The notes beneath the pieces are model-generated. The model saw only the letters and a program-made list of their open reading frames with translations, had not been told where the DNA came from and did no database searches. Of a stretch of DNA of 64,000 bases, positions 36,726-46,155 are shown one piece after another (positions within the stretch are counted from its first letter, which is position 1; each line of letters starts with the position of its first letter). Source of the DNA: Candidatus Caldarchaeum subterraneum (GTDB lineage Archaea; Thermoproteota; Nitrososphaeria_A; Caldarchaeales; Caldarchaeaceae); assembly GCA_000270325.1 (NCBI GenBank), contig BA000048.1:1346700-1410699 (forward strand), in the 5' to 3' direction. Made by a program: the position numbers and the translations under genes.

Positions 36726-37807
36726 TGCCGGGAAACATCATCGGCGAGCGGTTTGTCGTAGCTAGTTTCGGGGAGAGTCATGGAAGATGCGTAGGGGTTC
36801 TGGTTGACGGCTGCCCACCGGGCATAGAGCTAACTGAGGCTGATGTACAGGTTGAGCTTGACCGCAGAAGGCCGGGGCAGTCGCTTGTCACGACAACCCG
36901 TGCAGAGGAAGACCGTGTGGAAATCCTGTCAGGTGTCTTCCAGGGAAAGACAACAGGAGCACCCATACTTATGCTTGTTTGGAACAAGGATGTAGACTCA
37001 CGGCCCTATGAGATGCTTCGCAACACACCCCGACCGGGACACGCAGACTATCCGGCATACATCAAGTACCGAGGATTCAACGACTATAGAGGCGGTGGAA
37101 GGTTTTCGGGACGAATCACAGCAGGCTACGTGATGGCTGGCGCTGTCGCGAAAAAATTGCTGAGCAAGCTCGGTGTCGAGGTTCTTGCCTACTCGCTGGA
37201 AATCGGCGGTGTAAAGGCCCGTCAGCTATCTGTTGACGAAATCAGGCGAAATAGGTATGCGAACGAGGTGCGGTGTCCGGATTTTGAGGCCGCGGAGAGG
37301 ATGAAGCAAGTGGTGCTCGAGGCGAGGAAACAGGGTGACAGTGTCGGCGGCATCGTCGAATGCATAGCCCTCAACCTACCAATCGGCCTCGGAGAGCCTG
37401 TTTTCGACAATCTTGACTCCGACCTTGCCAAAGCCCTGTTCTCCATACCTGCGGTGAAGGGTGTGGAGTTTGGGCGAGGGTTTGAGGCTGCACGGCTGCG
37501 GGGAAGCGAGAACAACGACCCCTTCATCCTCGTAGATGGAAAAATCAGGACCGCATCCAACAACTCGGGTGGAATACTCGGCGGCCTATCCACTGGAGAA
37601 CAGCTTGTAACAAGAGTGGCGTTTAAACCCGCCTCCTCGATAGCGCGGCCTCAGAAGACCGTAGACATCGTCGAGAAAAAGGAGACCGAGATAGTGGTGC
37701 CGGGGAGGCATGACCCAACCGTCGTTCCGAGAGCGGTTCCCGTCGTCGAGGCGGTTGTAGCCTTTGTCCTCGCAGACCATGTCCTGCGAATGGGGCTGAT
37801 ACAATAG
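36725..37807 (+). CDS. aroC: Chorismate synthase
   Basis: FGESHGRCVGVLVDGCPPG, RRRPGQS, RPGHAD and GRHDPTV motifs. Confidence 0.95.
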   Translation: MPGNIIGERFVVASFGESHGRCVGVLVDGCPPGIELTEADVQVELDRRRPGQSLVTTTRAEEDRVEILSGVFQGKTTGAPILMLVWNKDVDSRPYEMLRNTPRPGHADYPAYIKYRGFNDYRGGGRFSGRITAGYVMAGAVAKKLLSKLGVEVLAYSLEIGGVKARQLSVDEIRRNRYANEVRCPDFEAAERMKQVVLEARKQGDSVGGIVECIALNLPIGLGEPVFDNLDSDLAKALFSIPAVKGVEFGRGFEAARLRGSENNDPFILVDGKIRTASNNSGGILGGLSTGEQLVTRVAFKPASSIARPQKTVDIVEKKETEIVVPGRHDPTVVPRAVPVVEAVVAFVLADHVLRMGLIQ

Positions 37808-37856
37808 ACACGTGTATGAGGCATCAGCATAAATCCCGTCACATCAAAACACTTCC

Positions 37857-38156
37857 ATGGCTGTGGATGAATACCGTTTGCTCAAGGAAGAAGAGCTGGC
37901 GAAAGCCCTCAAAACTATTGAAGGATGGGGGTTGAAAGATGGAAAGCTGTACCGCAAACTCGAGTTCAGGGATTTTGTCGAATGCATCGGCTTCATGGTT
38001 AAAGTGGCCATAGAGGCTGAGAAGATGCAGCATCACCCCGAATGGTTTAACGTCTACAACCAGCTGGAGATTTGGCTCGTCACACACGACCTCGGCGGCA
38101 TAAGCACCTTTGACGTGAAGCTGGCGCAGAGGATAAACGAACTACTTGCTGAGTGA
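37857..38156 (+). CDS. Pterin-4a-carbinolamine dehydratase (PCD/DCoH)
   Basis: HHPEWFNVYNQLEIWLVTHDLGGIS motif; 99 aa. Confidence 0.85.
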   Translation: MAVDEYRLLKEEELAKALKTIEGWGLKDGKLYRKLEFRDFVECIGFMVKVAIEAEKMQHHPEWFNVYNQLEIWLVTHDLGGISTFDVKLAQRINELLAE

Positions 38157-39152
38157 ATCTTTCGTCGCGAGGTTGATGGCCGCCTCCGAGATGTCTGCAG
38201 CATACTCAGCAACCCGCCGCAAACTGTTTATCACGACAAGCTCCGTCAGCCTCTGCTCCAAATCCAGATTCTTTTTCTGTGAGCTGAGGTAGGCGTTCAT
38301 CTCAGACGCTAAATCAGCTATCTGGTTGAGGGTCCTGTTCGCGAGGTCGGTGCTGGGATAAATGAAGGAGGTCAAGGAAGTTTTGAAGAGTTCCACGACC
38401 TTTGCGTTGATCTTGGCTATGCGCTGGTCTGGTTTGGAGATGTTGGTTGTAGTGAGGGTTCTGTTGCTGATTGTGACTGCGTGGTCTGCCGCTCTCTCGA
38501 TGCTTTTCGCCACAAGCACATAGTTTATGCACTCACTCGGGTCAGAGAGGTTAAGGTTCCTAAGTGTAGCGTAATCTCTCACGGCTATGTTGAGCTGGCG
38601 CACTATGAAGTGGTAAAACCTGTCTACCTCGTCGTCTCGTCTCACCACATCTTCTGCGAGTGCTTTGTCGTTTCTGTAAAACGCTGCAAAAGCCTCCTCC
38701 AGCATATGCGTCGTGATTTCCCCCATCCTTTCCAAAGACATCTTTAAAGGTAGTTTATCGCTGACGGGTAGAACTTGGGCCGTAAGCTCCGTGGCGGTCT
38801 CTCCGATTATCTCCACGCCCACGAGCCACCGCCTTATCCTGTCCTTCAGGACGGATATTGTCTGTGGAGAGTAAGCAGTGAGCTCAACGCGTATCCTTTC
38901 GCTGCCGTCGAGATATTTTGAGAAGAAGAGTCGCACAACCTCGTCAGGCGTCTCGCTCCCACCTAGGCGAATAACCGATTCACGTCCCTCTTCACCCCCA
39001 TCAGTCGTGACCAGCAGCCCAGACGGCAAAGTAACAATCTTCACCGTGTCAAGCTTTTTGAGACCTGCTTTCTCCACCCATTCCTTTGGAAGAGATATTA
39101 TGAAGGTGGAGCGGCCTGTTTTCTGGACCCGTCTCGTGTACGCGGGCTGCAT
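38142..39152 (-). CDS. AbrB/SpoVT-domain plus PhoU-domain phosphate-regulon regulator
   Basis: N-terminal RRVQKTGRSTFIISLPKEWVEKAGLKK (AbrB-like swapped hairpin), a middle domain, and C-terminal PhoU repeats (ERAADHA, AEYAADI). Divergent from pstS. Confidence 0.75.
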   Translation of the reverse strand: MQPAYTRRVQKTGRSTFIISLPKEWVEKAGLKKLDTVKIVTLPSGLLVTTDGGEEGRESVIRLGGSETPDEVVRLFFSKYLDGSERIRVELTAYSPQTISVLKDRIRRWLVGVEIIGETATELTAQVLPVSDKLPLKMSLERMGEITTHMLEEAFAAFYRNDKALAEDVVRRDDEVDRFYHFIVRQLNIAVRDYATLRNLNLSDPSECINYVLVAKSIERAADHAVTISNRTLTTTNISKPDQRIAKINAKVVELFKTSLTSFIYPSTDLANRTLNQIADLASEMNAYLSSQKKNLDLEQRLTELVVINSLRRVAEYAADISEAAINLATKDSLSK

Positions 39153-39174
39153 GGTTTTGTCCTGTTGTTGCTGG

Positions 39175-39221
39175 TATATAGATTTGTTTTAGGAAAATAT
39201 TCCAGCCACTCAATCTATATA
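39175..39221. promoter_or_regulatory. Divergent promoter pair with identical TATA/BRE elements (AATCTATATA in each gene's orientation)
   Basis: TATATAGATT at 39175-39184 is the exact reverse complement of AATCTATATA at 39212-39221. The elements lie about 27 nt upstream of the regulator ATG (39152) and about 30 nt upstream of the pstS ATG (39249). Confidence 0.6.
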
Positions 39222-39248
39222 TCGCAGAGAATCCACCCCCCAACCGCC

Positions 39249-40364
39249 ATGATGAGTCAGAAAAAAGCTGTGTCAACAACCTTGGTTGTAGGAGTCGTTT
39301 CAGCGTTGGTGGTAGGGCTTGTGCTAGGTCTATTGACTGGCCCCTCTTTACTGGGAGGAGGTGTTTCGACGGTGACGGTGACAGTCGGCGGAACAGGTGG
39401 CGGGGTGCAGACAGTCACCCGGACGGTCACGGTAACAACGGGTACTCAAACATCTGTTCAGCTGGCGGGAGACATCGAGGTCGACGGCTCGAGCACCGTT
39501 TATCCTCTCACTGAGGCGGCGGCGGAACAGTTCATGAACATTCACAAGGGCGTGACTATTAGCGTCGGCATATCGGGGACGGGAGGCGGATTCAAACGAT
39601 TCGTAATAGGTGAAACAGACATCAACGACGCTTCGAGACCAATACTTAGAGCCGAGGCGGAGACTGCGGCCAAGAACGGTGTCGAATGGATTGAGGTTCC
39701 GGTAGCAATAGACGCGCTGGTGGTAGTTGTTCATCCTTCCAACAACTGGGTGGACTGTATAACGATATCCGAGCTTAGGGCGATATGGAGGCCCGACAGC
39801 ACCGTCAAGCTCTGGAGCGACATCAGACCCGAGTGGCCAAATCAGCCCATCAAACTCTACGGTCCGGGGCCTGACAGCGGAACGTTTGACTACTTTACCG
39901 AAAGAGTAGTTGGAAAATCAAAGGCCAGCCGAACAGACTATGTTGCATCAGAGGATGACAACGTACTTGTAGCTGGTGTAGAGTCTGACCGACTCTCGCT
40001 TGGATACTTCGGCTTCTCATACTTCGCTGAGAACAAAGACAGAATTAAGGTACTGAAGGTGAAGGACGACCTTGCAGGCGGAGAATGTGTCGAGCCAAGC
40101 GACGAAACCGCCAGAACCTTTACATATCCACTGGCAAGACCTCTGTTCATCTACGTCAACAAGAAATCATGGGACACCAAACCACATCTGAGGGAATTCG
40201 TGATCTACTACGTTGAAAACGGGGCCATGCTTGCTCACAAAGTGGCTTACACCCCGTTCCTCGACCACTACTACAAGAAGGCCGCAGCACTACTACGAGC
40301 AGGTATAACAGATGGGCTGTATGAGCTTACAAACTTAAAAAACAAGAACGCTGGACCACATTAG
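39249..40364 (+). CDS. pstS: Phosphate ABC transporter substrate-binding protein PstS
   Basis: TM/signal anchor, Thr/Gly/Val-rich linker, then DGSSTVYPL and the PBP fold. The ATG at 39249 fits the promoter; the track start at 39165 overlaps the promoter. Confidence 0.9.
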   Translation: MMSQKKAVSTTLVVGVVSALVVGLVLGLLTGPSLLGGGVSTVTVTVGGTGGGVQTVTRTVTVTTGTQTSVQLAGDIEVDGSSTVYPLTEAAAEQFMNIHKGVTISVGISGTGGGFKRFVIGETDINDASRPILRAEAETAAKNGVEWIEVPVAIDALVVVVHPSNNWVDCITISELRAIWRPDSTVKLWSDIRPEWPNQPIKLYGPGPDSGTFDYFTERVVGKSKASRTDYVASEDDNVLVAGVESDRLSLGYFGFSYFAENKDRIKVLKVKDDLAGGECVEPSDETARTFTYPLARPLFIYVNKKSWDTKPHLREFVIYYVENGAMLAHKVAYTPFLDHYYKKAAALLRAGITDGLYELTNLKNKNAGPH

Positions 40365-40374
40365 ATGGGTAGGA

Positions 40375-41301
40375 ATGTCCCGAAACATTTTTTTCAACAA
40401 AAATTTTTTGGCAAACCTTAGAAGAAGACAGCGCGCCACCAATCTTGTAAACTCGCTTTTGCTGGCCGCGGCGTCTGTCTCTTTCATAGCAATTGTGGTG
40501 ATACTTGGCTCCCTGATACTGGAGTCATCCATCTTTTTTGGCCAGGTTTCGCTGGTCGAGTTTTTGACTGGCACAGAGTGGACGGTTCTATTCAGTGATA
40601 AGAAGTTTGGCGTTCTTCCTCTTCTCACGGCCACCGCGCTCACTTCCGCGATAGCGTTAGTCGTGGCTATTCCCGCGGGTCTCGCGACTGCGATTTACCT
40701 CAGTGAATACGCACGACCCGGTATAAGGGGTGTGATAAAAAACATCATCGAAGTGCTGGCCGGCATACCCACTGTGGTGTATGGCTATTTCGCGCTGTAT
40801 TTCATATCACCAAACCTGTTGATGAGGTTTGTTCCGGGAACAGGTGTTTTCAGCGCCTTGGCCGTTGGCTTGATGATAGGTGTTCTCATAATTCCTATAG
40901 TAGCCTCGTTGAGCGAGGACGCGTTATACTCTGTTCCGGAAGATTTTCGACTGGCCGCCTACAGCCTTGGTGCTAGAAAAATCGACGTGGTTTTCCGGGT
41001 GATTGTGCCAGCAGCTCTGTCGGGAATTCTCGCAGCCATCATACTTGCTTTCACTCGTGCGATGGGTGAGACGATGATAGCGGCGATAGCTGGCGGGTTT
41101 AGGCCTTTTTACAGCTTCGACCCACGGGAAGCCATGCAGACCATGACAAGCTTCATCGCACAGGTTGCCACAGGAGACGCCCCTCATGGAACAATAGAGT
41201 ATCAATCCATATTCGCGGTGGGCATTCTCCTCTTCATCATCACTATGGTCTTCAACCTTGTGGCCTTGGCTGTTGTGAGGAGGTGGCAGATACGTTACTG
41301 A
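40375..41301 (+). CDS. pstC: Phosphate ABC transporter permease PstC
   Basis: Polytopic membrane protein with an EAA-like loop (SEDALYSVPEDFRLAAYSLGA). Confidence 0.9.
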   Translation: MSRNIFFNKNFLANLRRRQRATNLVNSLLLAAASVSFIAIVVILGSLILESSIFFGQVSLVEFLTGTEWTVLFSDKKFGVLPLLTATALTSAIALVVAIPAGLATAIYLSEYARPGIRGVIKNIIEVLAGIPTVVYGYFALYFISPNLLMRFVPGTGVFSALAVGLMIGVLIIPIVASLSEDALYSVPEDFRLAAYSLGARKIDVVFRVIVPAALSGILAAIILAFTRAMGETMIAAIAGGFRPFYSFDPREAMQTMTSFIAQVATGDAPHGTIEYQSIFAVGILLFIITMVFNLVALAVVRRWQIRY

Positions 41302-42176
41302 GTCAACGGGATAAATTCAGGAGAAGAGATAGAGCCAAGCAGGTTCTCGACCGCATCGCACCTTTTCTGCTTTCTCTGGGCGTCTTCGTAGGCGTGGCCG
41401 CTGTTACTGCTCTTCTCTTCACCGTCATAACAACTGGTTGGCATAGGCTTTCATGGAACCTAATTTTCGAGTACCCGTCCGCGAACCCGGAGGTAGCGGG
41501 GATGCGCTCAGCATTTCTAGGCAGCTTCTGGACTGTCAGCCTCTCCGCTCTGGTCAGCATCCCTCTTGGAATAGCATCAGCCCTTTACTTGACCGAGTGG
41601 TCATCTCACCGAAGGCTCAGAAGGTTTCTCGAGTTCAACATGGCCAATCTCGCAGGCGTTCCCTCCATCATCTTCGGCCTCGTCGGACTAAGCATCCTCA
41701 CCTATGGACTTGGTCTCGGACGATCAATAATAGCTGGCGCGTTCACCCTCGGCATAATGACCCTGCCCCTCGTTACAGTATCGGCAGCAGAGGCAATCAA
41801 GTCTGTGCCGGAGGCGTTGAAACACGGAGCCTATGCTCTAGGAGCAACCAAGCTACAGGTTACGCGTCACATAATTCTCCCAAGGTCCCTGCCTATGATG
41901 ATGACCGGAGCGATACTGGCCATTTCCCGGGCTATTGGCGAAGCGGCTCCGATACTTGTCATAAGCGGTCTGCTGTTCATCCGCACTGACCCCACATCGG
42001 TTTTCGACAGGTTTACGGTGATGCCTCTCCAGATATTCAACTGGGTAAGTAGACCTCAGCCCGCGTTCCAAGAACTATCCTCCGCGGCGATAATTGTTTT
42101 GCTGGCTTTGCTGATGATGTTTAACGCGGCTGCAATAGCTATTAGGTATCGCTACCAGAGGAGAGTGATGCTATAA
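41283..42176 (+). CDS. pstA: Phosphate ABC transporter permease PstA
   Basis: EAIKSVPEALKHGAYALGATKLQV loop in operon position. Confidence 0.9.
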   Translation: MADTLLSQRDKFRRRDRAKQVLDRIAPFLLSLGVFVGVAAVTALLFTVITTGWHRLSWNLIFEYPSANPEVAGMRSAFLGSFWTVSLSALVSIPLGIASALYLTEWSSHRRLRRFLEFNMANLAGVPSIIFGLVGLSILTYGLGLGRSIIAGAFTLGIMTLPLVTVSAAEAIKSVPEALKHGAYALGATKLQVTRHIILPRSLPMMMTGAILAISRAIGEAAPILVISGLLFIRTDPTSVFDRFTVMPLQIFNWVSRPQPAFQELSSAAIIVLLALLMMFNAAAIAIRYRYQRRVML

Positions 42177-42198
42177 ATGACGATGCTGAAAAAAAATA

Positions 42199-43008
42199 TT
42201 GGTGGAGAGAGAGTCCATGGATTTATCTGATAGTGACAAGGTTGTTGTCGAAACAGTCGGCCTAACGGTTGTCTATGGTCGCAAGTATGCGATAAAGGAT
42301 ATCAACCTCAAGTTTGAGCGTTCACGGATAACCGCTATCATAGGACCATCGGGCTGCGGAAAATCAACCCTCCTCCGATGCATAAACCGAATGAACGACC
42401 TGATACCGGACGCTAAGGTGCAGGGCAAGGTCTACTATAGGGGATTGGACATCTATTCAAAGGACGTCGACCCCGTGGCTGTGAGAACAGCCATCGGAAT
42501 GGTTTTCCAGAGGCCCAACCCATTCCCCATGTCGATTTTCGATAACGTGGCTTTCGGGCTTCGCGTTAACGGAGTTAAGCTCACTAAACAACAGATGTAT
42601 GAGAAGGTCAAGGACGCTCTCGAGAAGGCGGCTCTCTGGGACGAGGTGAAAGACAGGCTTGATGCACAGGCCTTCTCTCTCTCAGGAGGCCAGCAGCAGC
42701 GCCTCTGTATTGCAAGGGCTCTTGCAGTCGACCCAGATGTCATTCTGCTCGACGAGCCAACCGTTTCTCTCGACCCAATATCAACCGCAAAGATTGAACA
42801 ACTTCTCCGAAACATTTCACAGGACTACACAATAATCATAGTCACCCACAACATGCAGCAGGCCGCGCGCGTCTCCGACTACACAGCCGTGATGATGCCT
42901 GACGAGAACATGATAGGCAGGCTCATCGAGTTTGGGCCGACAAAGGAGATTTTCACCAACCCGAGGGATAAGAGGACGGAAGACTATATCTCGGGAAGAA
43001 TAGGTTGA
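42199..43008 (+). CDS. pstB: Phosphate ABC transporter ATP-binding protein PstB
   Basis: [35 protein letters not shown], and the PstB-typical C-terminus; the start may be an internal Met. Confidence 0.95.
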   Translation: MVERESMDLSDSDKVVVETVGLTVVYGRKYAIKDINLKFERSRITAIIGPSGCGKSTLLRCINRMNDLIPDAKVQGKVYYRGLDIYSKDVDPVAVRTAIGMVFQRPNPFPMSIFDNVAFGLRVNGVKLTKQQMYEKVKDALEKAALWDEVKDRLDAQAFSLSGGQQQRLCIARALAVDPDVILLDEPTVSLDPISTAKIEQLLRNISQDYTIIIVTHNMQQAARVSDYTAVMMPDENMIGRLIEFGPTKEIFTNPRDKRTEDYISGRIG

Positions 43009-43015
43009 GGATGGT

Positions 43016-43648
43016 TTGCCGCGTCTGATGGACATAGGGTTGGAACGGCTTGTCAACATGCTCAACGACATGGCTACACTCAGCCGAACCGCTGTCGAAG
43101 CCGCTGTAGAAGGGTTCATCAAAGGCACACCCAACGAGGACGAGGTTTTCCAGCTCTCGGAGAAGCTTCGCTGGCTGCAGGACGAGGTGGCCGACCTCGC
43201 AGTAGAGCTGATAGCGCGTTACCAACCCGTGGCAACTGACCTCCGTTTTCTCCGTTCATGTATGGAGGTGGCCTACGGGTTCTCACGCTTCGGCAGATAC
43301 GCCTACGACATATCACAGGTGATAACAACGTTCGGCGAGCTACGTGAATGTGAGAAAAACGAGGTCCTCGAGACAGCTGAAGTGGTGAAGGCCATGATAG
43401 AGAAGAGCGTGAAAAGCTTCGTGGAGAAAAATTTGGAGCTCGCCGCCGAGCTTGAGAAGCTGGACTCGGTAGTCGACAAAGCCTACAAGAACCATCTACA
43501 ACGGAGCCTAAACAAGCCAGGGTCCAAGAAATGCGACATGGCGACCATGCTTATTCTAAGATATCTTGAGAGAATAGCGGACCACGCCACCTACATAGGG
43601 GAGGCTGTTGCTTACATCTTGGAGGGGCAGCATAGGCCCAGGAAATAG
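43016..43648 (+). CDS. phoU: Phosphate transport system regulator PhoU
   Basis: Two PhoU repeats, including YLERIADHATYIGE. Confidence 0.85.
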   Translation: MPRLMDIGLERLVNMLNDMATLSRTAVEAAVEGFIKGTPNEDEVFQLSEKLRWLQDEVADLAVELIARYQPVATDLRFLRSCMEVAYGFSRFGRYAYDISQVITTFGELRECEKNEVLETAEVVKAMIEKSVKSFVEKNLELAAELEKLDSVVDKAYKNHLQRSLNKPGSKKCDMATMLILRYLERIADHATYIGEAVAYILEGQHRPRK

Positions 43649-43673
43649 ACACTTGGCGCGGGAAGTTGTAAAA

Positions 43674-44036
43674 ATGCGTAGAGAGGTTGCGGCGCTTCTT
43701 CTCGAAATATCCCGCAACATCCACCCAAATGAGATGATAGTTCTCCTCCACGGCCGCCGAGAGAAGACCAGCTACTTTGTTGAGGAAATCTCTTTCCCAC
43801 CTCAGTCAATATATGGAGAAAGCTTCTCATCCTTCAACCCCTACCAACTACCTATCGACCATTCCTTTCTCGGGGTAGCTCACTCCCATCCCTCAGGCGC
43901 TCCTCACCCCTCTGTCGAAGACCTTAACAACATGATGGGTGAGCTGATGGTTATTGTGACAGCTCCCTACCGTGACGAGAGGGATATCCATGTCCTCGAC
44001 GGAGAAGGCAGAAGATTGACGCTCATGATTGTTTAG
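43674..44036 (+). CDS. Minimal JAMM/MPN+ metalloprotease-fold protein
   Basis: HSHPSGAPHPSVED matches HxHx7SxxD, with an upstream Glu (PNEMIVLLHG). About 120 aa counted from the ATG at 43674; the track start at 43608 overlaps phoU. Confidence 0.7.
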   Translation: MRREVAALLLEISRNIHPNEMIVLLHGRREKTSYFVEEISFPPQSIYGESFSSFNPYQLPIDHSFLGVAHSHPSGAPHPSVEDLNNMMGELMVIVTAPYRDERDIHVLDGEGRRLTLMIV

Positions 44037-44713
44037 CGAAGAGCTGCTTCACACATCTTGAGGAGAAGAGCAAAGGGGTCGCTCGCCTTAACAAAGGCGC
44101 TGGCCAATAGAACACCATCCGTCCCCAGCTCAAGCGCCTTTGAAACATCCTCGGCCGTCGAAACACCCGCTCCACAAAGAACCCTGACACTCGGCGCTAT
44201 GGCCTTGACTCGTGAAACCGTCTCGGTAACCACCTCGGGCTTCGCCCTCGAAACTGATATACCGGTGCCAATCAACTCAGGAGGCTCCACAGCCAACATG
44301 TCGGGGCCCAGGGCAGCCGCGGCCGTGGCAGCATAGTGGTCGTCGGCGCAAACAATAGATACAAGACCGTTAGCTCTAAGACGATTCACTGCCTCGGACA
44401 AATCGCTCAGCTTAAGCTTTTTCTCAGAATGGTTGAGAAGGGAGCCAGCCGCTCCCGATTCCTTCAACGCCTCCGCCACAACGGAGCCTGTATATGCTCC
44501 GGGCATGTAGGGGTCGCAGTGCTGTGCAAAAACATGCACCGAGACATTCGCCGCCACCGTCGCAAGGTCAACTAGGGATGGGCAAACCGCCACGGACACA
44601 CCCGTCTCCTCAGCGGCCCTCTCAGCTATTTTAGCCAGCTCGAGTGCTTTTTTTCCGATGGATTCCCTAAAGGTCTTGAAGTTGAGCACAATCAGGGGGT
44701 AACGGATGTTCAC
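44033..44713 (-). CDS. tpiA: Triosephosphate isomerase (archaeal short type)
   Basis: 226 aa with NFKT, LNHSE and AVEPPELIGTG motifs; GTG start. Confidence 0.9.
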   Translation of the reverse strand: MNIRYPLIVLNFKTFRESIGKKALELAKIAERAAEETGVSVAVCPSLVDLATVAANVSVHVFAQHCDPYMPGAYTGSVVAEALKESGAAGSLLNHSEKKLKLSDLSEAVNRLRANGLVSIVCADDHYAATAAAALGPDMLAVEPPELIGTGISVSRAKPEVVTETVSRVKAIAPSVRVLCGAGVSTAEDVSKALELGTDGVLLASAFVKASDPFALLLKMCEAALR

Positions 44714-44784
44714 GAAGTCTCTTAATCTGGCTTGTTTTAAACGGTATCGGTATAAGTATCACTCAATAATTATGTGGACGGAGT

Positions 44785-46155
44785 ATGGACAAGGTTTTTC
44801 CCTACATCGGGCATCACACGGACGAAGACCTGCGTCAGATGCTTCAGGCGATAGGTGTCAAAGACATTATGGAGCTTTACTCAGACATCCCTTCCAAGTA
44901 TATTCTCAGCTCTCCGCCAAGTATTGAAGGGCCCCTGACTGAACCGGAGCTAATCAAACGTGTTAAAGACATTTTGGCGAAGAATAGGCAGGGCCTCCGC
45001 CTTTTCTTGGGGGGAGGTGTGTGGCCGCATCATGTTCCTGCTGCTGTTAAAGAGATTGTTTCGAGAAGCGAGTTTGTCACAAGCTACACCCCTTACCAGC
45101 CCGAGATATCTCAAGGAGTTTTAACAGCCTTGTTCGAGTTCCAGAGCCTCGTCGCAGACCTCTACGAAATAGACGCCGTCAACTCCTCCATGTATGACTG
45201 GGCCACAGCCGTCGGAGAGGCCTTTAGAATGGCGTATAGATACAACGGCCGAAACAAAATCGTCTACGCGGGTCACTGCGGCCCCGGTAGAATACGTGTG
45301 GCCGAGACATACGTCAAGCCCCTAGGCCTCAGGCTTGTGAAAGCATCATTCGACGACAGGGGTAATGTGGATGAGGAGAGTTTGAAAACCTTGGTTGACC
45401 GTGAGACTTCGGCTGTCTATGTCGAGAACCCATGCTATCTGGGCGCCGTTGTAGAAAATGTTGAAGCCGTGGGCGAGATTGCGCATGATAGAAACGCACT
45501 GTTCATAGTTGGTGCTGAGCCAACTTCTCTCGGGCTTTTATGTCCTCCGGGTGCTTTGGGAGCTGACATCGTCGTCGGCGAGGGTCAGCCGCTGGGGCTT
45601 CCGATGAATTTCGGCGGCCCCCTGCTCGGAATACTGGGATGCAGAGAAGACCGCAAGCTTATCCACAGTATGCCGGGCCGGATGGTGGGGATGGCTGAGA
45701 CACTCGAAGACAAGAGACGAGCCTTCACGATGGTGCTAAGGGCCCGCGAACAAGACATCAAACGGGAAAAAGCCACCTCAAACATATGCACCAACCAGGC
45801 CCTCTGCGCCATAACGGCCGCAGCATATTTAGCGCTTCTTGGCAAACATGGTTTACAATCACTCGCCCGCCACATCTTCGAAAAAACATGCTACTTCATC
45901 GAAGCTCTTCAGAAAGTGGACGGGGTAAAGGCGCCACTGCTCAAAGCTCCACACTACATGGAGTTCACCTACAGAAAAGAAGGGCATTCATCTGAAAAAC
46001 TGTTGTCAAAGCTTCTCAACGTCGGCATAGTTGGCGGCATCAGAATAGGAGAGGATTTTCCACAGCTGGGCGACGGAGTGCTGACATGTGTAACCGAGGT
46101 GCATAGCGTCGAGGACATCCAGGAATATGTGGAGACACTGAAGGAGGTGGCTTAA
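44785..46155 (+). CDS. gcvPA: Glycine dehydrogenase (decarboxylating) subunit 1
   Basis: TSYTPYQPEISQG motif; length and order as in split P-protein operons. Confidence 0.9.
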   Translation: MDKVFPYIGHHTDEDLRQMLQAIGVKDIMELYSDIPSKYILSSPPSIEGPLTEPELIKRVKDILAKNRQGLRLFLGGGVWPHHVPAAVKEIVSRSEFVTSYTPYQPEISQGVLTALFEFQSLVADLYEIDAVNSSMYDWATAVGEAFRMAYRYNGRNKIVYAGHCGPGRIRVAETYVKPLGLRLVKASFDDRGNVDEESLKTLVDRETSAVYVENPCYLGAVVENVEAVGEIAHDRNALFIVGAEPTSLGLLCPPGALGADIVVGEGQPLGLPMNFGGPLLGILGCREDRKLIHSMPGRMVGMAETLEDKRRAFTMVLRAREQDIKREKATSNICTNQALCAITAAAYLALLGKHGLQSLARHIFEKTCYFIEALQKVDGVKAPLLKAPHYMEFTYRKEGHSSEKLLSKLLNVGIVGGIRIGEDFPQLGDGVLTCVTEVHSVEDIQEYVETLKEVA

